Assembly (NCBI GenBank): GCA_036733285.1
Contig: DAINAU010000001.1
Span: forward strand, 18,954-82,953
Source of the DNA: a bacterium
GTDB lineage: Bacteria; JAGOBX01
Reading direction: 5' to 3'
DNA length: 64,000 nt
The position numbers and the translations under genes are program-made. Below, piece after piece: positions 37,133 to 47,364 of this stretch (within the stretch, counting starts at the first letter, position 1; each line of letters starts with the position of its first letter). The notes beneath the pieces are model-generated. The model worked only from the letters and a program-made list of their open reading frames with translations. It ran no database searches and was not told the origin of the DNA.

Positions 37133-38371
37133 TTAATTTTGTTTTTCAATAAAATCAATGATTTTTTTTAAAATTACATTTCTACGATTGTTTTTCTGTT
37201 GTAGAAAAATTATTATTTTCAGCTCTCCGAATCTTGGCGAATCATAATATCCCGCTATTGAATATACGCCGGACAATGTTCCGGTTTTAAAATTTCCTTC
37301 GTTTTTGGTTCTCATCAGATTTTTGTATTTTTGAAATAAATTCAATATAAAATTCATTTCTAAACAGTTTATTTTGTTTTCTCTCGATAATCCCGACGCT
37401 TCTTTAATTTTTATTTCGGAAACGCCGGTAAAATATTTAATAAAATTATTGAAGGATTCCACGCTTTTATCAAGCGTAGCCGGCTCTCCGAAATCCCTCG
37501 CTCCTATGTGCAGAAAAATCTGGTTTATCATAAAATTATTTGAAGAAATCATAATTTTATTTATAATATCGGCAAGATTCGTCCGGTTATAATGTCTGAA
37601 TAAAAAGTTTTGATTTATCGCCTTTTTTTTCCAGACTCTTCCCTTTACTTCTACGCCGGTTTCTTTTAAAAAATAACTTAGTAAAGAACCAAAATATTTT
37701 TCAGGAAGATCCGCGGAACCTTTAAGATTTATTCTCGACGAACCTCTAAATTTTATTTTTTTTAAATATTCGGCTGAAAAATCAGTTATTGGAGTTTCGC
37801 GTTCTATCGATTGATATATTTTTTTTCGGTTGTTGTATTTTGCGGCGATAGTGTTAAAGTTGGCGCTTAAAGCTCCGTTGGGACTATCGTAAGGATTTAA
37901 TGTTTTACCTTTTCCCGGGATTATAAGTCTGTCTTCAAAATATGAATCGTCAACGTAAATATTTCTTACGGTTTTTATTTGATTGCCGATTTGTTCAGCC
38001 ATGCTTTTTATTTCTTCTGATACAAGAAAAGGATCTCCGTATCCTTTTACGTATAAATCATTATTTACGGAATCAAAAAAAACATCCGTGTAAAATCTGT
38101 AATTTTCTCCGAGTTTGGATAGCGCAAAATACGAAGTTATAATTTTAATTGTCGACGCGGGAGTAAATGGTTCGTTTTCATTGTATTTCAATAAAATATT
38201 ATCGTATCTATCCGTAACAAGAACCGCGCCGTTTTGAATTAAGCTCAAAATTGCATCCGGCAATTCAAAAGCGGCTTTGTTTGAAATCAAAGGTATTCCG
38301 GCAAGTTTTAATTCGAATATTATTAATAATAAAGTAATCGCTGAAAATTTTTTTAGAAATAGATTGAGCAT
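37133..38371 (-). CDS. dacB: D-alanyl-D-alanine carboxypeptidase/endopeptidase (PBP4/DacB family, peptidase S13).
   Basis: Signal peptide, SxxK motif FTPASTIKIITSYFAL, and a PBP4-like length (412 aa). Confidence 0.65.
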   Translation of the reverse strand: MLNLFLKKFSAITLLLIIFELKLAGIPLISNKAAFELPDAILSLIQNGAVLVTDRYDNILLKYNENEPFTPASTIKIITSYFALSKLGENYRFYTDVFFDSVNNDLYVKGYGDPFLVSEEIKSMAEQIGNQIKTVRNIYVDDSYFEDRLIIPGKGKTLNPYDSPNGALSANFNTIAAKYNNRKKIYQSIERETPITDFSAEYLKKIKFRGSSRINLKGSADLPEKYFGSLLSYFLKETGVEVKGRVWKKKAINQNFLFRHYNRTNLADIINKIMISSNNFMINQIFLHIGARDFGEPATLDKSVESFNNFIKYFTGVSEIKIKEASGLSRENKINCLEMNFILNLFQKYKNLMRTKNEGNFKTGTLSGVYSIAGYYDSPRFGELKIIIFLQQKNNRRNVILKKIIDFIEKQN

Positions 38372-38526
38372 AAATCAAAACAAATCATAATCGTAACAAT
38401 ATTTTTGAAAGCGGTTTAAGAATAAACTCCTCCCGCGAAAGCGATAGAATTTCAAAAAATAATCTCGTTTTATTGTTCAGATGTTGTAATCAAACTGTTA
38501 AAACGGTTTGAAAAAGGCGTATTTTT

Positions 38527-38550
38527 TTATTAACCCCGCAATTGATTGCG
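38527..38550. promoter_or_regulatory. Perfect GC-rich 11-bp inverted repeat (AACCCCGCAAT tg ATTGCGGGGTT) in the AT-rich intergenic region upstream of dacB. Candidate operator or structural hairpin.
   Basis: The palindrome is seen directly. No U-tract follows on either strand, so I do not call it a terminator. Confidence 0.3.
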
Positions 38551-38621
38551 GGGTTAATGATAGAATATCCATAAAATAAACCGTTTTAACGGTTTTAAAA
38601 ATGTTCCTGAATAGTAACGTT

Positions 38622-39020
38622 TTATTCCGCATTATTCCGAACAACTTTTATTCCCGGACAATCGTTCGTTACATAATCAAGATACTCGCTGTCCTCAAGA
38701 ATTTTTTTCCAGTAAGGATAAGTTATGCATTGGCTTGGTCGGCGCTCGTAAATTTCGCATCTGTTGTCATTCTTTAAAAACACGCATCTGAAATCCTCAT
38801 AGGATTTTTTAATTTCTTTCAATGAAATTTTACCGTTGACTTTTCTGGCGAATTTTTTTATGAAAACGTTTAACGGTATTTTTAAAAATTCCGCGATTCT
38901 TATTTGCTCTTCTTTTGTCAGCCATACGTATCCGGTAACGCCGGAACAGCAATTTCCGCATTGAACGCACTTGAAAATTATTTTGTCGCTCTCTATAGAT
39001 TCGATGATTTCTTTTTTCAT
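38622..39020 (-). CDS. YkgJ/UPF0153-family Cys-rich Fe-S or Zn protein.
   Basis: CVQCGNCC CxxCxxCC motif plus additional Cys residues. The product is 132 aa. Confidence 0.6.
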   Translation of the reverse strand: MKKEIIESIESDKIIFKCVQCGNCCSGVTGYVWLTKEEQIRIAEFLKIPLNVFIKKFARKVNGKISLKEIKKSYEDFRCVFLKNDNRCEIYERRPSQCITYPYWKKILEDSEYLDYVTNDCPGIKVVRNNAE

Positions 39021-39055
39021 AATATATTATAACGATACAATGTTATCCTTAAAAT

Positions 39056-40030
39056 TCATCTTATTATCGTATCGGCTTTATTCATTACCGATTCCGGAAA
39101 AGATATGTTTTGTTCCTTGCAGCTTTTTTCATTAATTGCAAGCCGATAAGCGTTATAAGAAATAAGTGTTCCGTTTTTTTTGTTTCCCGACAAAATATCA
39201 GCGGCTAATTTTCCGCTTTGAAAACCCCAGTCATAATAATCGATTCCGTAACCTATTGACGCTCCGTTTTTCACTATTGACGGGTCGGTCACAAATATTG
39301 GAATATTAAACTCTTTTGCTATTCTCATAAGACCCGTGATTCCTGCATATACGGTATTATCAGCCGCTACGACAAAAGCGTCGATTTTATTCATTGCAAG
39401 CGCTTGCGCCGCGTTCGGAATATCGTTTATGGAAATTATTGGAGATTCAAAAACCTCAATATTATTTTCTTTGCAGATGATTTTTATTTTACCGGCTGCA
39501 AACTGAGCGTTCACTTCGGCGGAATTATAGGGAAGCCCGATTTTTTTTATTGCAGGGATACATTCCTGCATAAGGGAAACAAAACTCGTTAAATCGTAAG
39601 GATCGTAATAACCTGATAAATTTGAAGGCGGATTAGCTAAGCCTATGTCTTGAGGCGAAAAAGAAACCGTGAAAACCACTGGAATTTTTTTAATTAATTT
39701 TGCAGCCGCAGCCATACAGGGAGTAGTGTTTGTTATTATCAAATCAATATTTTCAGATTCAAATGTTTTTAGAATTAAAGAAATATTAGCTAAATCTCCT
39801 TGAGCGTTTTTTTTTATTATTTTAATGTTTTGCCCGTCAACAAAACCCGACTGTTTTAACCCTTCGAATACGCCTGACGCCGCAATATCCAATTGTTCTT
39901 CTTCAATTAGTTGTATAAAACCCACTTTAAAAATTTTTGTTTCTTTGCTGTTGCAAGATACAATAAAAAATAGCGAGAATGCTAAAATTGCAACAGACCT
40001 CAAAAATAATTTAAAAAACATTTTAATCAT
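39056..40030 (-). CDS. ABC-transporter substrate-binding lipoprotein (ABC_sub_bind/BMP-like family). Orphan, with no permease or ATPase nearby.
   Basis: Lipobox FIVSCNS and an overall periplasmic binding-protein-like pattern (VGFIQL...DLIITNTTP...GIDYYDWG). Confidence 0.5.
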   Translation of the reverse strand: MIKMFFKLFLRSVAILAFSLFFIVSCNSKETKIFKVGFIQLIEEEQLDIAASGVFEGLKQSGFVDGQNIKIIKKNAQGDLANISLILKTFESENIDLIITNTTPCMAAAAKLIKKIPVVFTVSFSPQDIGLANPPSNLSGYYDPYDLTSFVSLMQECIPAIKKIGLPYNSAEVNAQFAAGKIKIICKENNIEVFESPIISINDIPNAAQALAMNKIDAFVVAADNTVYAGITGLMRIAKEFNIPIFVTDPSIVKNGASIGYGIDYYDWGFQSGKLAADILSGNKKNGTLISYNAYRLAINEKSCKEQNISFPESVMNKADTIIR

Positions 40031-40123
40031 ACTCCTTTAAAATTTTGCGTCTTATCAAAAATATTCTTGGAGTTTCAGCAAGAATATTTTTGATAAGATT
40101 AATAGCTTTTCCGCAAATGCGGC

Positions 40124-41425
40124 TTATGTTTTTAATTTTTTTTGTTTAGCCGCAGGAAACAGTATATTGTTAAGAATTAATCTGTATCCCTGCGAATTTT
40201 TGTGAAAACTAAGATTCGTATGCTCGGCTCCGACTCTATGCGCGTAGTCTTCCGGGTCGTGTCCGCCCAAATAAGTTATAGTTCCTTTCCCGAATTTTCT
40301 ATGGAGATATTTAACGCATTTATTTCCTATTGTTTTTCCCATTATGATACATTCTTTTTTTATTTTTTCTTCGCGGAACGCTGTTGTCAATCCGAAAAAT
40401 CCTTTTACTATTCTATTATGATTTTGAGTGAGCATAGTCGGAACCTGGTCGAATTTTGCCGAAAAATCAAATAACTCAAAAGGCTGATCTTCGATTCTTT
40501 TCGGAGTATTGACCCAATTGTAATCTATATCTGATTTGGGATTAAAATTAGGATCGCTTATAACCGTAAAATTTTCAAAAACAAGACATTTTGAATAATC
40601 GATTTTTTTCATATAATCCGGATCGAATGGAGTGCCGTCGATTTCCTGCGCTATATAATCCGTTCCTTCGAGCGACAACGCTATGTCAAGAGCTTCCGGC
40701 GCCGAACACATTGCAAATAAAAATCCTCCGTTTGAAACGTAATTTTTTATCGCTTTTGAAACCGAAGTTTTTTCTTCGCAAACAGAATTGAACCCTTGCG
40801 TTATCGCAAATTTTCTGTATTCCGCTACGCGCGTCATATACCATGGAGAGTTTTGAAATGATCTGTAGAACTTATCGTATTGTCCGGTAAAATCCTCGTG
40901 ATGCAGATGAAGCCAGTCATAATCGCTTAGACCCGACTTCAATATCTTGTCATCCCATATTTTATCGTAAGGAACTTCCGCATACGTAAGCGCGAGAGTA
41001 ACCGCGTCATCCCACGGATTATTAGTCGAAGGAGCATAGACCGCGATTTTCGGAGCTTTTTCAAGCTCAATCTTATCCATATTTTCTTCTTGAATCGTCA
41101 ATTCGATTTGATTCAATTGTTTGTCGTCGATTATTTCGTAATATACGCCTGATATTTTAAGGTTTTTTACGGCTTCATCGGAATACGGCAGAAGAAACGA
41201 ACCGTCTCTGTAATTCAAAAGCCAGTAAATTTTTCCGGCGGAATTTTTTTCCGCTAATGATTTATACGCGGCTCCGTATGCTTTCAAATGATCCGTTTGT
41301 TTTTCGTCCATCGGAACAAGTATGTTGTTTGAAAAAACAATCGAATTATATAAGAATAAAAATACCGCCGAAAATATTGTTTTTATCAGAATCTTTTTTT
41401 TTTCTATTAACATTAATATTAACAT
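40124..41425 (-). CDS. Secreted hypothetical protein, possibly with a class-I glutamine-amidotransferase-like fold.
   Basis: N-terminal hydrophobic segment. The GGFLFAMCSAPEALD segment is reminiscent of a GATase1/DJ-1 nucleophile elbow. The match is weak. Confidence 0.35.
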   Translation of the reverse strand: MLILMLIEKKKILIKTIFSAVFLFLYNSIVFSNNILVPMDEKQTDHLKAYGAAYKSLAEKNSAGKIYWLLNYRDGSFLLPYSDEAVKNLKISGVYYEIIDDKQLNQIELTIQEENMDKIELEKAPKIAVYAPSTNNPWDDAVTLALTYAEVPYDKIWDDKILKSGLSDYDWLHLHHEDFTGQYDKFYRSFQNSPWYMTRVAEYRKFAITQGFNSVCEEKTSVSKAIKNYVSNGGFLFAMCSAPEALDIALSLEGTDYIAQEIDGTPFDPDYMKKIDYSKCLVFENFTVISDPNFNPKSDIDYNWVNTPKRIEDQPFELFDFSAKFDQVPTMLTQNHNRIVKGFFGLTTAFREEKIKKECIIMGKTIGNKCVKYLHRKFGKGTITYLGGHDPEDYAHRVGAEHTNLSFHKNSQGYRLILNNILFPAAKQKKLKT

Positions 41426-41439
41426 TATGCGGTTATATT

Positions 41440-42930
41440 TTATTTATGCGCTCCGGTGCCTTTAATCTCTTTCGCGGTTTTTCTGTATGCTACCATCAAT
41501 TCCGATAATTCCAGCGCTTCTTCTTTTATTTTTTTAGCGTTTAATGTTTTGAAACTATAGTTTTCTTTCAAGATTTTTCCGTTTGCAACAACATCGCTTA
41601 CTTCGCTTCCGTCCGCAGCCCAGATTATATTATCAATTACGTTGTCTTTTCTTGTCGGAACCATATTAGGTCTTTCAAGGTCGATTAAAATAACGTCGGC
41701 GTCTTTGCCTGATTCTATCGAACCCGTATTCATTCGCAAAAATTTCGCCGGTTCGATTGTTATCATTTCAAGAGTTTTTTGCGCCGGCAACAGAGTCGCG
41801 TCTTGATGAAGCGCCTTTTGATATTGAGATGCAAGACGGGCCGCGTTTATAATTGATTGATTATCCGCGCTGCCTGAACCGTCGGTCGATATTACTACGG
41901 GGATTCCCATTTCCATCATTTTTATTACAGGCGGCATTCCCGAACCGAGTATTGTATTAGCAAGCGGATTATGAACGACTTTCGCTTTTGTTTTTTTTAG
42001 GATTTTTAAATCGTTTTCCGTACAGTTGACCTGATGCGCAAGTATGGTGTTCTCATCAAGAAATTTTATCGAGTTGAATAATTCAACCGGAGTCATTTTA
42101 TTATTTTTTGTGAACCACTTTGTAGTGTTCGGTTCTTCCGAACTATGAATGTGAATCAGCGTTTTGTGAGAATTAGCCCAGTTTTTAAGTTTTTTTAATA
42201 ATTCGGGCGTATTGGAAAAATCCTGGTCGGGTCCCGGAATAATTTGAGTTCGTTCCGCGTTTCCATATAATTTTATATAATCGTCCAGTCTTTTTACAGC
42301 TATGCCCGCAGGAATATCAAGTATCCTCGGATCATAATGCTGGTCTTGACTTCCTACCGCCACTATCATTTTTGTTCCGGCGTCGATATTCGCTTTAACA
42401 ATTTCGCCAACCCTGTATTTGTTGTGGTTGCAGTGATGAACCATTGAAGCTGTTATACCGTAATGTATATCGTCGAGTCGGGCTTTTATATAAGTTACAT
42501 AATTTGGAGATTTCCCGAATCTTTTTTCCAGCATACCGCGTTTTTCATTCATAAATCCCGTAAATAAATTTACCGCCTTGTCAAGCCACGGAGTTAACGG
42601 CATATCTTTGGCTATCCCAATTATCGGAGATTCGTGGTCGTGTCCGTGAGCTTTTACAAACCCAGGCAGAATTATTTTGTTCAAACATTTAATATCGCTT
42701 GATTTAAAACCCGATTTTTTTGAACATCCTAATATCTTCAAATTATTTCTGTATTTCTCAATTATTGATTTGCCTAATGATTCGCCGTATTTTCCAGAGC
42801 GTAATATTTTCCCGTCTTTTATCAATACGTAACCGTCTTCTATTACCGCGTTCCTTCCGAGTTTATCGCTAATCGGAACTAAAAATTTTCCCCTGATAAA
42901 AATATTTTTTTCCGTTTTTGTTTCACTCAT
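41440..42930 (-). CDS. Metal-dependent amidohydrolase-family protein (cytosine/guanine/MTA deaminase-like superfamily).
   Basis: The start is the ATG at 42930 (MSETK, GGAGG 9 nt upstream). HGHDHESP and HIHSSEE metal-binding motifs are present. Confidence 0.7.
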   Translation of the reverse strand: MSETKTEKNIFIRGKFLVPISDKLGRNAVIEDGYVLIKDGKILRSGKYGESLGKSIIEKYRNNLKILGCSKKSGFKSSDIKCLNKIILPGFVKAHGHDHESPIIGIAKDMPLTPWLDKAVNLFTGFMNEKRGMLEKRFGKSPNYVTYIKARLDDIHYGITASMVHHCNHNKYRVGEIVKANIDAGTKMIVAVGSQDQHYDPRILDIPAGIAVKRLDDYIKLYGNAERTQIIPGPDQDFSNTPELLKKLKNWANSHKTLIHIHSSEEPNTTKWFTKNNKMTPVELFNSIKFLDENTILAHQVNCTENDLKILKKTKAKVVHNPLANTILGSGMPPVIKMMEMGIPVVISTDGSGSADNQSIINAARLASQYQKALHQDATLLPAQKTLEMITIEPAKFLRMNTGSIESGKDADVILIDLERPNMVPTRKDNVIDNIIWAADGSEVSDVVANGKILKENYSFKTLNAKKIKEEALELSELMVAYRKTAKEIKGTGAHK

Positions 42931-43140
42931 TTCAATCCGCCTCCGCGTTTGCAATTTTTAAAGTTTAATATTTTTAGGCGATATTATATTACAAAAATTT
43001 GAAAAATGCAAATGTTATATTGAAAGGCAAAAAAAAGAGAGCGTTCAGAAATTGTTCCAACAATACTAAATCCGGATAACGCGTTATTAAACTCGGATAC
43101 TGCATTCGATGTAAAGTGAAGTTTTTCAAAACATAGATGA

Positions 43141-45057
43141 TTAAAACTTATTGTTATTAACTTTTCCGCTCTCGATTTTATATATAGTATTTCCTCTGAA
43201 TTTTTTTATTGCTGAAATCTTTTTTTCATTTTCCAGCCGAAGAATCAATTCGGAAATATTATAACAAAACCGTCTTGCGTATTTTTCAGAATAAAAAATA
43301 TAAGAAACGCCGTTTTCTTTTAGTTTTTCAATCAAATCATCCGCGGATTTTACAGAATCATTATTTATTGGACTTAAAGTCGTATTCGGCGAATATCCAA
43401 GCAAAAATTCGCGGGTAAAATAAAAAGACTGCTGATGCGTAATATAAATTTTTTTAGAAGAATCAATATGTTCGTTCGACCATTTTACAGCTTTATAAAA
43501 TTCTCCGTCCGCATAAAACCGTTCTTCGAGATATTCGTCAACGGATTGAATTCCGGCAAGCGTCTTGTATCTATTGATATGTTGCGCTGCGAGCAGCGGA
43601 TAATTTATTAAAACCATTCCTATAAATATAAACAAATTAAAATTAACAAACGCCTTCCATTTGCCGTTCATCAAATACAATTTGTAAAAAAAATAAGTTC
43701 CTGTTATACACAAAACCGGATACGCAGGAAGTATATATCTCGACCTCGGCGCGTTAAAATATATGAGATATATAAAAATTACGGAATAAAGCGCGGCGTA
43801 TAAAATTTTATGCGCTTCGTTTTTTTTTAAAAAAAATATCATAATCCATAAACAACAATAAAAAATAAAAAACATCGGCGAAATCGAGTATTTCCAAAAA
43901 TCATACGTCTGAAATTTAATTGAAACTTGATACGGAAATTTAAGAAAATTTATTGCCGGATTATGATTCAATTTTGTTTCTTTAAAATGACGCACCATAT
44001 TTTTAGTGTTTGTTTGAAAATGTTCGCCGGAGGAAACATTTTTGTCCCCGGCTTGTTTTATTTTAAAAATTTCGGTTAAAAAAGGATACGCGGGATTTCC
44101 TATGTAAATATAATTGCGAATATAAAAAGGCGAACTCAAAATTATGAATACTCCGAAAAAAATAATAAATTTAAAAATTTGCGAATATCTTCTTGAAATT
44201 ATGAAATATAAAGCAAATAGAAAAATTATTATGATGGAATTGATTATTCCGTGATATTTAATGTTGTTTGAAACCGCGCAGAAAACAAGCGAAATCGCCA
44301 TCCATTTATTATTATTTTCCAAAACATATTTATAAAAAAAATATAACGACGCGATAAAATAGAATATCATAAAAAATTCGTTTTTAGTATAACCCGTAAG
44401 ACGGTTGATTGCAGGCGCCGCTGAAAAAAATAATGCGGGCAATAGAGCGAAAAAATCGTTTTCAATGAATATTTTCGAGGTTTTACAAATCATAAGTAAA
44501 GTCAAAAAATAAAAATACCAGTGGAATAACTGCGAAAAAACCGCATTGTCAAAATATATTCCATACATAAAAAAAATCTCGGCAAACTGCGGAAAAAAAG
44601 AATAAAATAAAAAGTTTATTATTGATATTTTCCCCGTCTCAAAATATATTTTTGACAAAGGAAGGTGATATGTCAGTCCGTCTAGTCCGGCTACGGGCGC
44701 CAATGAACCGGGCAAATGCAAAATCAGATTTATAATAATCAGAGCTAATACTATTTTGCTTCCTATGCCGATTCGCAATATTTTTCCTATTAAATATTCA
44801 AATAGTAATGCTGTGTTCGAAACGTTTATTAAACAGAACAATATCTGAATTGAAACGAGCGATATAAAAAAATTTTTCGACAAACAACCCGCAAACCCGA
44901 AAATAAGAATAACGTAAAATATTAATCCGAATCCGGCGGCAGTATGAAAAATATAATCTTCTGCCGGCGATGCAATTCGGATTTTTTTTAATAATACTTT
45001 TGAAACCGAATAAAAAGAGATGGATACGAACATTAAAAAAAATATTGCAGAAATCAT
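43141..45057 (-). CDS. Large polytopic membrane protein, possibly a GT-C-type glycosyltransferase.
   Basis: About 14 hydrophobic helices over 450 aa, then a roughly 150-aa soluble C-terminal domain. The functional assignment is weak. Confidence 0.4.
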   Translation of the reverse strand: MISAIFFLMFVSISFYSVSKVLLKKIRIASPAEDYIFHTAAGFGLIFYVILIFGFAGCLSKNFFISLVSIQILFCLINVSNTALLFEYLIGKILRIGIGSKIVLALIIINLILHLPGSLAPVAGLDGLTYHLPLSKIYFETGKISIINFLFYSFFPQFAEIFFMYGIYFDNAVFSQLFHWYFYFLTLLMICKTSKIFIENDFFALLPALFFSAAPAINRLTGYTKNEFFMIFYFIASLYFFYKYVLENNNKWMAISLVFCAVSNNIKYHGIINSIIIIFLFALYFIISRRYSQIFKFIIFFGVFIILSSPFYIRNYIYIGNPAYPFLTEIFKIKQAGDKNVSSGEHFQTNTKNMVRHFKETKLNHNPAINFLKFPYQVSIKFQTYDFWKYSISPMFFIFYCCLWIMIFFLKKNEAHKILYAALYSVIFIYLIYFNAPRSRYILPAYPVLCITGTYFFYKLYLMNGKWKAFVNFNLFIFIGMVLINYPLLAAQHINRYKTLAGIQSVDEYLEERFYADGEFYKAVKWSNEHIDSSKKIYITHQQSFYFTREFLLGYSPNTTLSPINNDSVKSADDLIEKLKENGVSYIFYSEKYARRFCYNISELILRLENEKKISAIKKFRGNTIYKIESGKVNNNKF

Positions 45058-45284
45058 TTTATAAACAAACCTATTTTAGATAAAACCGCATTGATTCCGG
45101 TTTTGTTTTCATAAAGGAAAGATTTAAAAAAAGTCGAATAAAAAATAATTGAACTTGAAATAATAATAATTTGTAATATAATCAACGCTAATATTTTTAA
45201 ATTTTTCATTTAGTTCAATTATACTTTTATTTTAATAAAATTCAATTTGTTTATTTTATGTTTTATTAGGGAGACGATTTTGTT

Positions 45285-46052
45285 ATGAAAGAAAAAAATA
45301 ATGTTAAAACAGTTATAGCGGGCGGATTATTTTTTTTATTGAGTATTTCCATTATTATAGGCGCTGCGGTTCTGATTGTTTCAGCGTTCGCCAATATGAA
45401 TTCCGCTTCCCTTGAAAGCGTAGGAAAACTTTTTTTAGGAAACGAATATTCTATAAAAATTTTAGCTGTAAAATTTGTCGGATTAGTCTTTATCCCTATT
45501 TTAATAGCGTCTATAATATCGTATTATGCGGCTTATTATTATGTTTTTTGCGGAAATATTATTTGTTTCAGTTCGAGTCTTATGAAAATTATCAATGATT
45601 TTCTTACAAGATTTCCGGCTTTGCTTATCGGCGTGCTCGGTTTCTTTATTTTTATTTTTCAGTTGAACGTTGCATGGAATTTTTATTCGCAATGCGGATT
45701 GCTTGTTATAATGCTGCTTCCGTCGCTCTTTGACGCTTTTATTATAGCGATGAAAAACAATAACAGCATTATAGACGGAATTATTTTAAGCGCAATTCGC
45801 GTTTGGCTTGAAATCATTATTCTCATCTATTCTTTGATTTTTATAACCGCGTCCATATCTCTTGAAATTCTTTCCAAATCTTCTAATATTTCGGAGTTTA
45901 TTTCGCAAATTATGGAGAATGGTCTTTCAATGAGTTCAAACTCAAATATTCCGAATATTATTATTCTGCTTTTGATTATAAGCGTTCTTAACGCAATAAT
46001 TAACTGGTTTTATAAAAATTACGCGTTAAGACAATTTAAAAAAAATAAATAA
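45285..46052 (+). CDS. Hypothetical polytopic membrane protein.
   Basis: The 255-aa product has about 6 TM helices. Confidence 0.5.
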   Translation: MKEKNNVKTVIAGGLFFLLSISIIIGAAVLIVSAFANMNSASLESVGKLFLGNEYSIKILAVKFVGLVFIPILIASIISYYAAYYYVFCGNIICFSSSLMKIINDFLTRFPALLIGVLGFFIFIFQLNVAWNFYSQCGLLVIMLLPSLFDAFIIAMKNNNSIIDGIILSAIRVWLEIIILIYSLIFITASISLEILSKSSNISEFISQIMENGLSMSSNSNIPNIIILLLIISVLNAIINWFYKNYALRQFKKNK

Positions 46053-46091
46053 CCGTATTTCAATCTAATATCAGCGGTCAGTCTAATAATT

Positions 46092-46835
46092 GTGAAAAAA
46101 AATATCATTTCGAATGATTTGCAATGTAAAAGCATCGGAGTTCAAAAAGAACGGTCGCTTCACTGCTCGATTAAAAAAGCATACTTCAAATCCGGCGATT
46201 TGATTGAACATAAAATCGGAAAATATATAACAGATATTTTTAGAAACGGATTGATTATAGAAATTCAAACTGCCGGTTTTTCCTCTTTGAAAAAAAAACT
46301 TGCCGATTTATTGCCTGATTATAAAATTAAAATCGTTTATCCTATGGCTTCCCATAAATCCATAGTTAAAATTTCAGAATCCGGAGAAATCTTGTCTTCC
46401 CGAAAATCTCCTAAAAAATTTTCGTTATATGACGCGTTTGACGAATTGATTAATATAAGAAAATTTTTGAATCATCCGAATCTGTCCGTGGAATTTCTTG
46501 TGTTTTCAGAAGAACAAATTAGAAAAAACGACGGCAAAGGCAGTTGGCGCAGAAAAGGCGTTAGCATCGTAGATAGAAAACTGGTCAAAATAAATAAGAA
46601 AATTTTATTATCATCTCTAAAAGATTATATTTGTTTCATTCCTAAAACCTTGAAATTTCCTTATTCAAACAAAACATTCGCAAAAAAATCCGGCGTTTCA
46701 ATTTATAAAAGCAGAAAAATAAATTACGTTTTAAAATCCATAGGTTTGATTAAAGTCGAAAGTAAAAACGGAAAGGAATTTTTATTTGGATTAAATTCTT
46801 TTTTTAACCCGTTTAAATGCAGCAAAAAAAATTAA
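46092..46835 (+). CDS. Hypothetical soluble protein with a possible PD-(D/E)xK-like nuclease core.
   Basis: ERSLHCSIKK...YITDIFRNGLIIEIQTAGF reads as E...D...E-x-Q, which resembles CoiA/NERD-type nuclease motifs. The match is weak. Confidence 0.35.
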   Translation: MKKNIISNDLQCKSIGVQKERSLHCSIKKAYFKSGDLIEHKIGKYITDIFRNGLIIEIQTAGFSSLKKKLADLLPDYKIKIVYPMASHKSIVKISESGEILSSRKSPKKFSLYDAFDELINIRKFLNHPNLSVEFLVFSEEQIRKNDGKGSWRRKGVSIVDRKLVKINKKILLSSLKDYICFIPKTLKFPYSNKTFAKKSGVSIYKSRKINYVLKSIGLIKVESKNGKEFLFGLNSFFNPFKCSKKN

Positions 46836-47157
46836 AGTTTTCCAAAACAAAGCAAATTCAACGCCGCAATGAAAAGTAACCATAACTTAAACGTTGAATA
46901 TCTCGCTTCTTAGTATCTTATCAAAAAAATTCTTGCAATTTAAACAAGAAATTATTTATTAAAACTCAGATTCGGTATGATAAAAAATTCTTTAATCTTT
47001 TGAGCTGTTGCGATAACTTGTCTGCCTAAAGCAGTTAAGTAATATTAATATGTTTCCGGTATTTTTCTAACAATCCCATGAATGAGCAATCGTTTTATCA
47101 TACGAGATATTTGGCCAGAATTTTTATCTGACAGAATCTTGCGCAAAATGAACTACC

Positions 47158-47215
47158 TCGCAGCAAGCTGCGAGGTATCAAAGAAATTAAGAAATATGGA
47201 ATCGAAGCAAGCTTC
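47158..47215. repeat. Two adjacent palindromic hairpins that share an AGCAAGCT core (CCTCGCAGCaaGCTGCGAGG and CGAAGCaaGCTTCG) within a 530-bp noncoding gap between convergent genes.
   Basis: Seen directly. The first hairpin is followed on the minus strand by a modestly U-rich stretch (UAGUUCAUUUUGCG). It may be a distal terminator for the ATPase gene. Confidence 0.4.
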
Positions 47216-47364
47216 GGGGAATTAACCCTAATCTCTTATTGAAAATAACTCGTATTTTCTTTAGAAAACTAAAAAATCAGCTTTCTGTTTTTCATTGACC
47301 GTTCCGTCTGATTGTTCCTTAAAAAAGTGGAACTTTTTGAAAGCGCGCTCTACTAATCCGAATT

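Noticed and set aside
38527-38550. Rho-independent terminator for the YkgJ-like gene.
   Set aside because: The strong GC hairpin is followed by A-rich sequence on the minus strand and preceded by T-rich sequence on the plus strand. There is no 3' U-tract on either strand.
46836-47364. A tRNA, tmRNA, RNase P or SRP RNA gene in the long noncoding gap.
   Set aside because: I found no T-loop (GGTTCGAATCC-like) or other signature motif of these RNAs. Only two palindromic hairpins are present.
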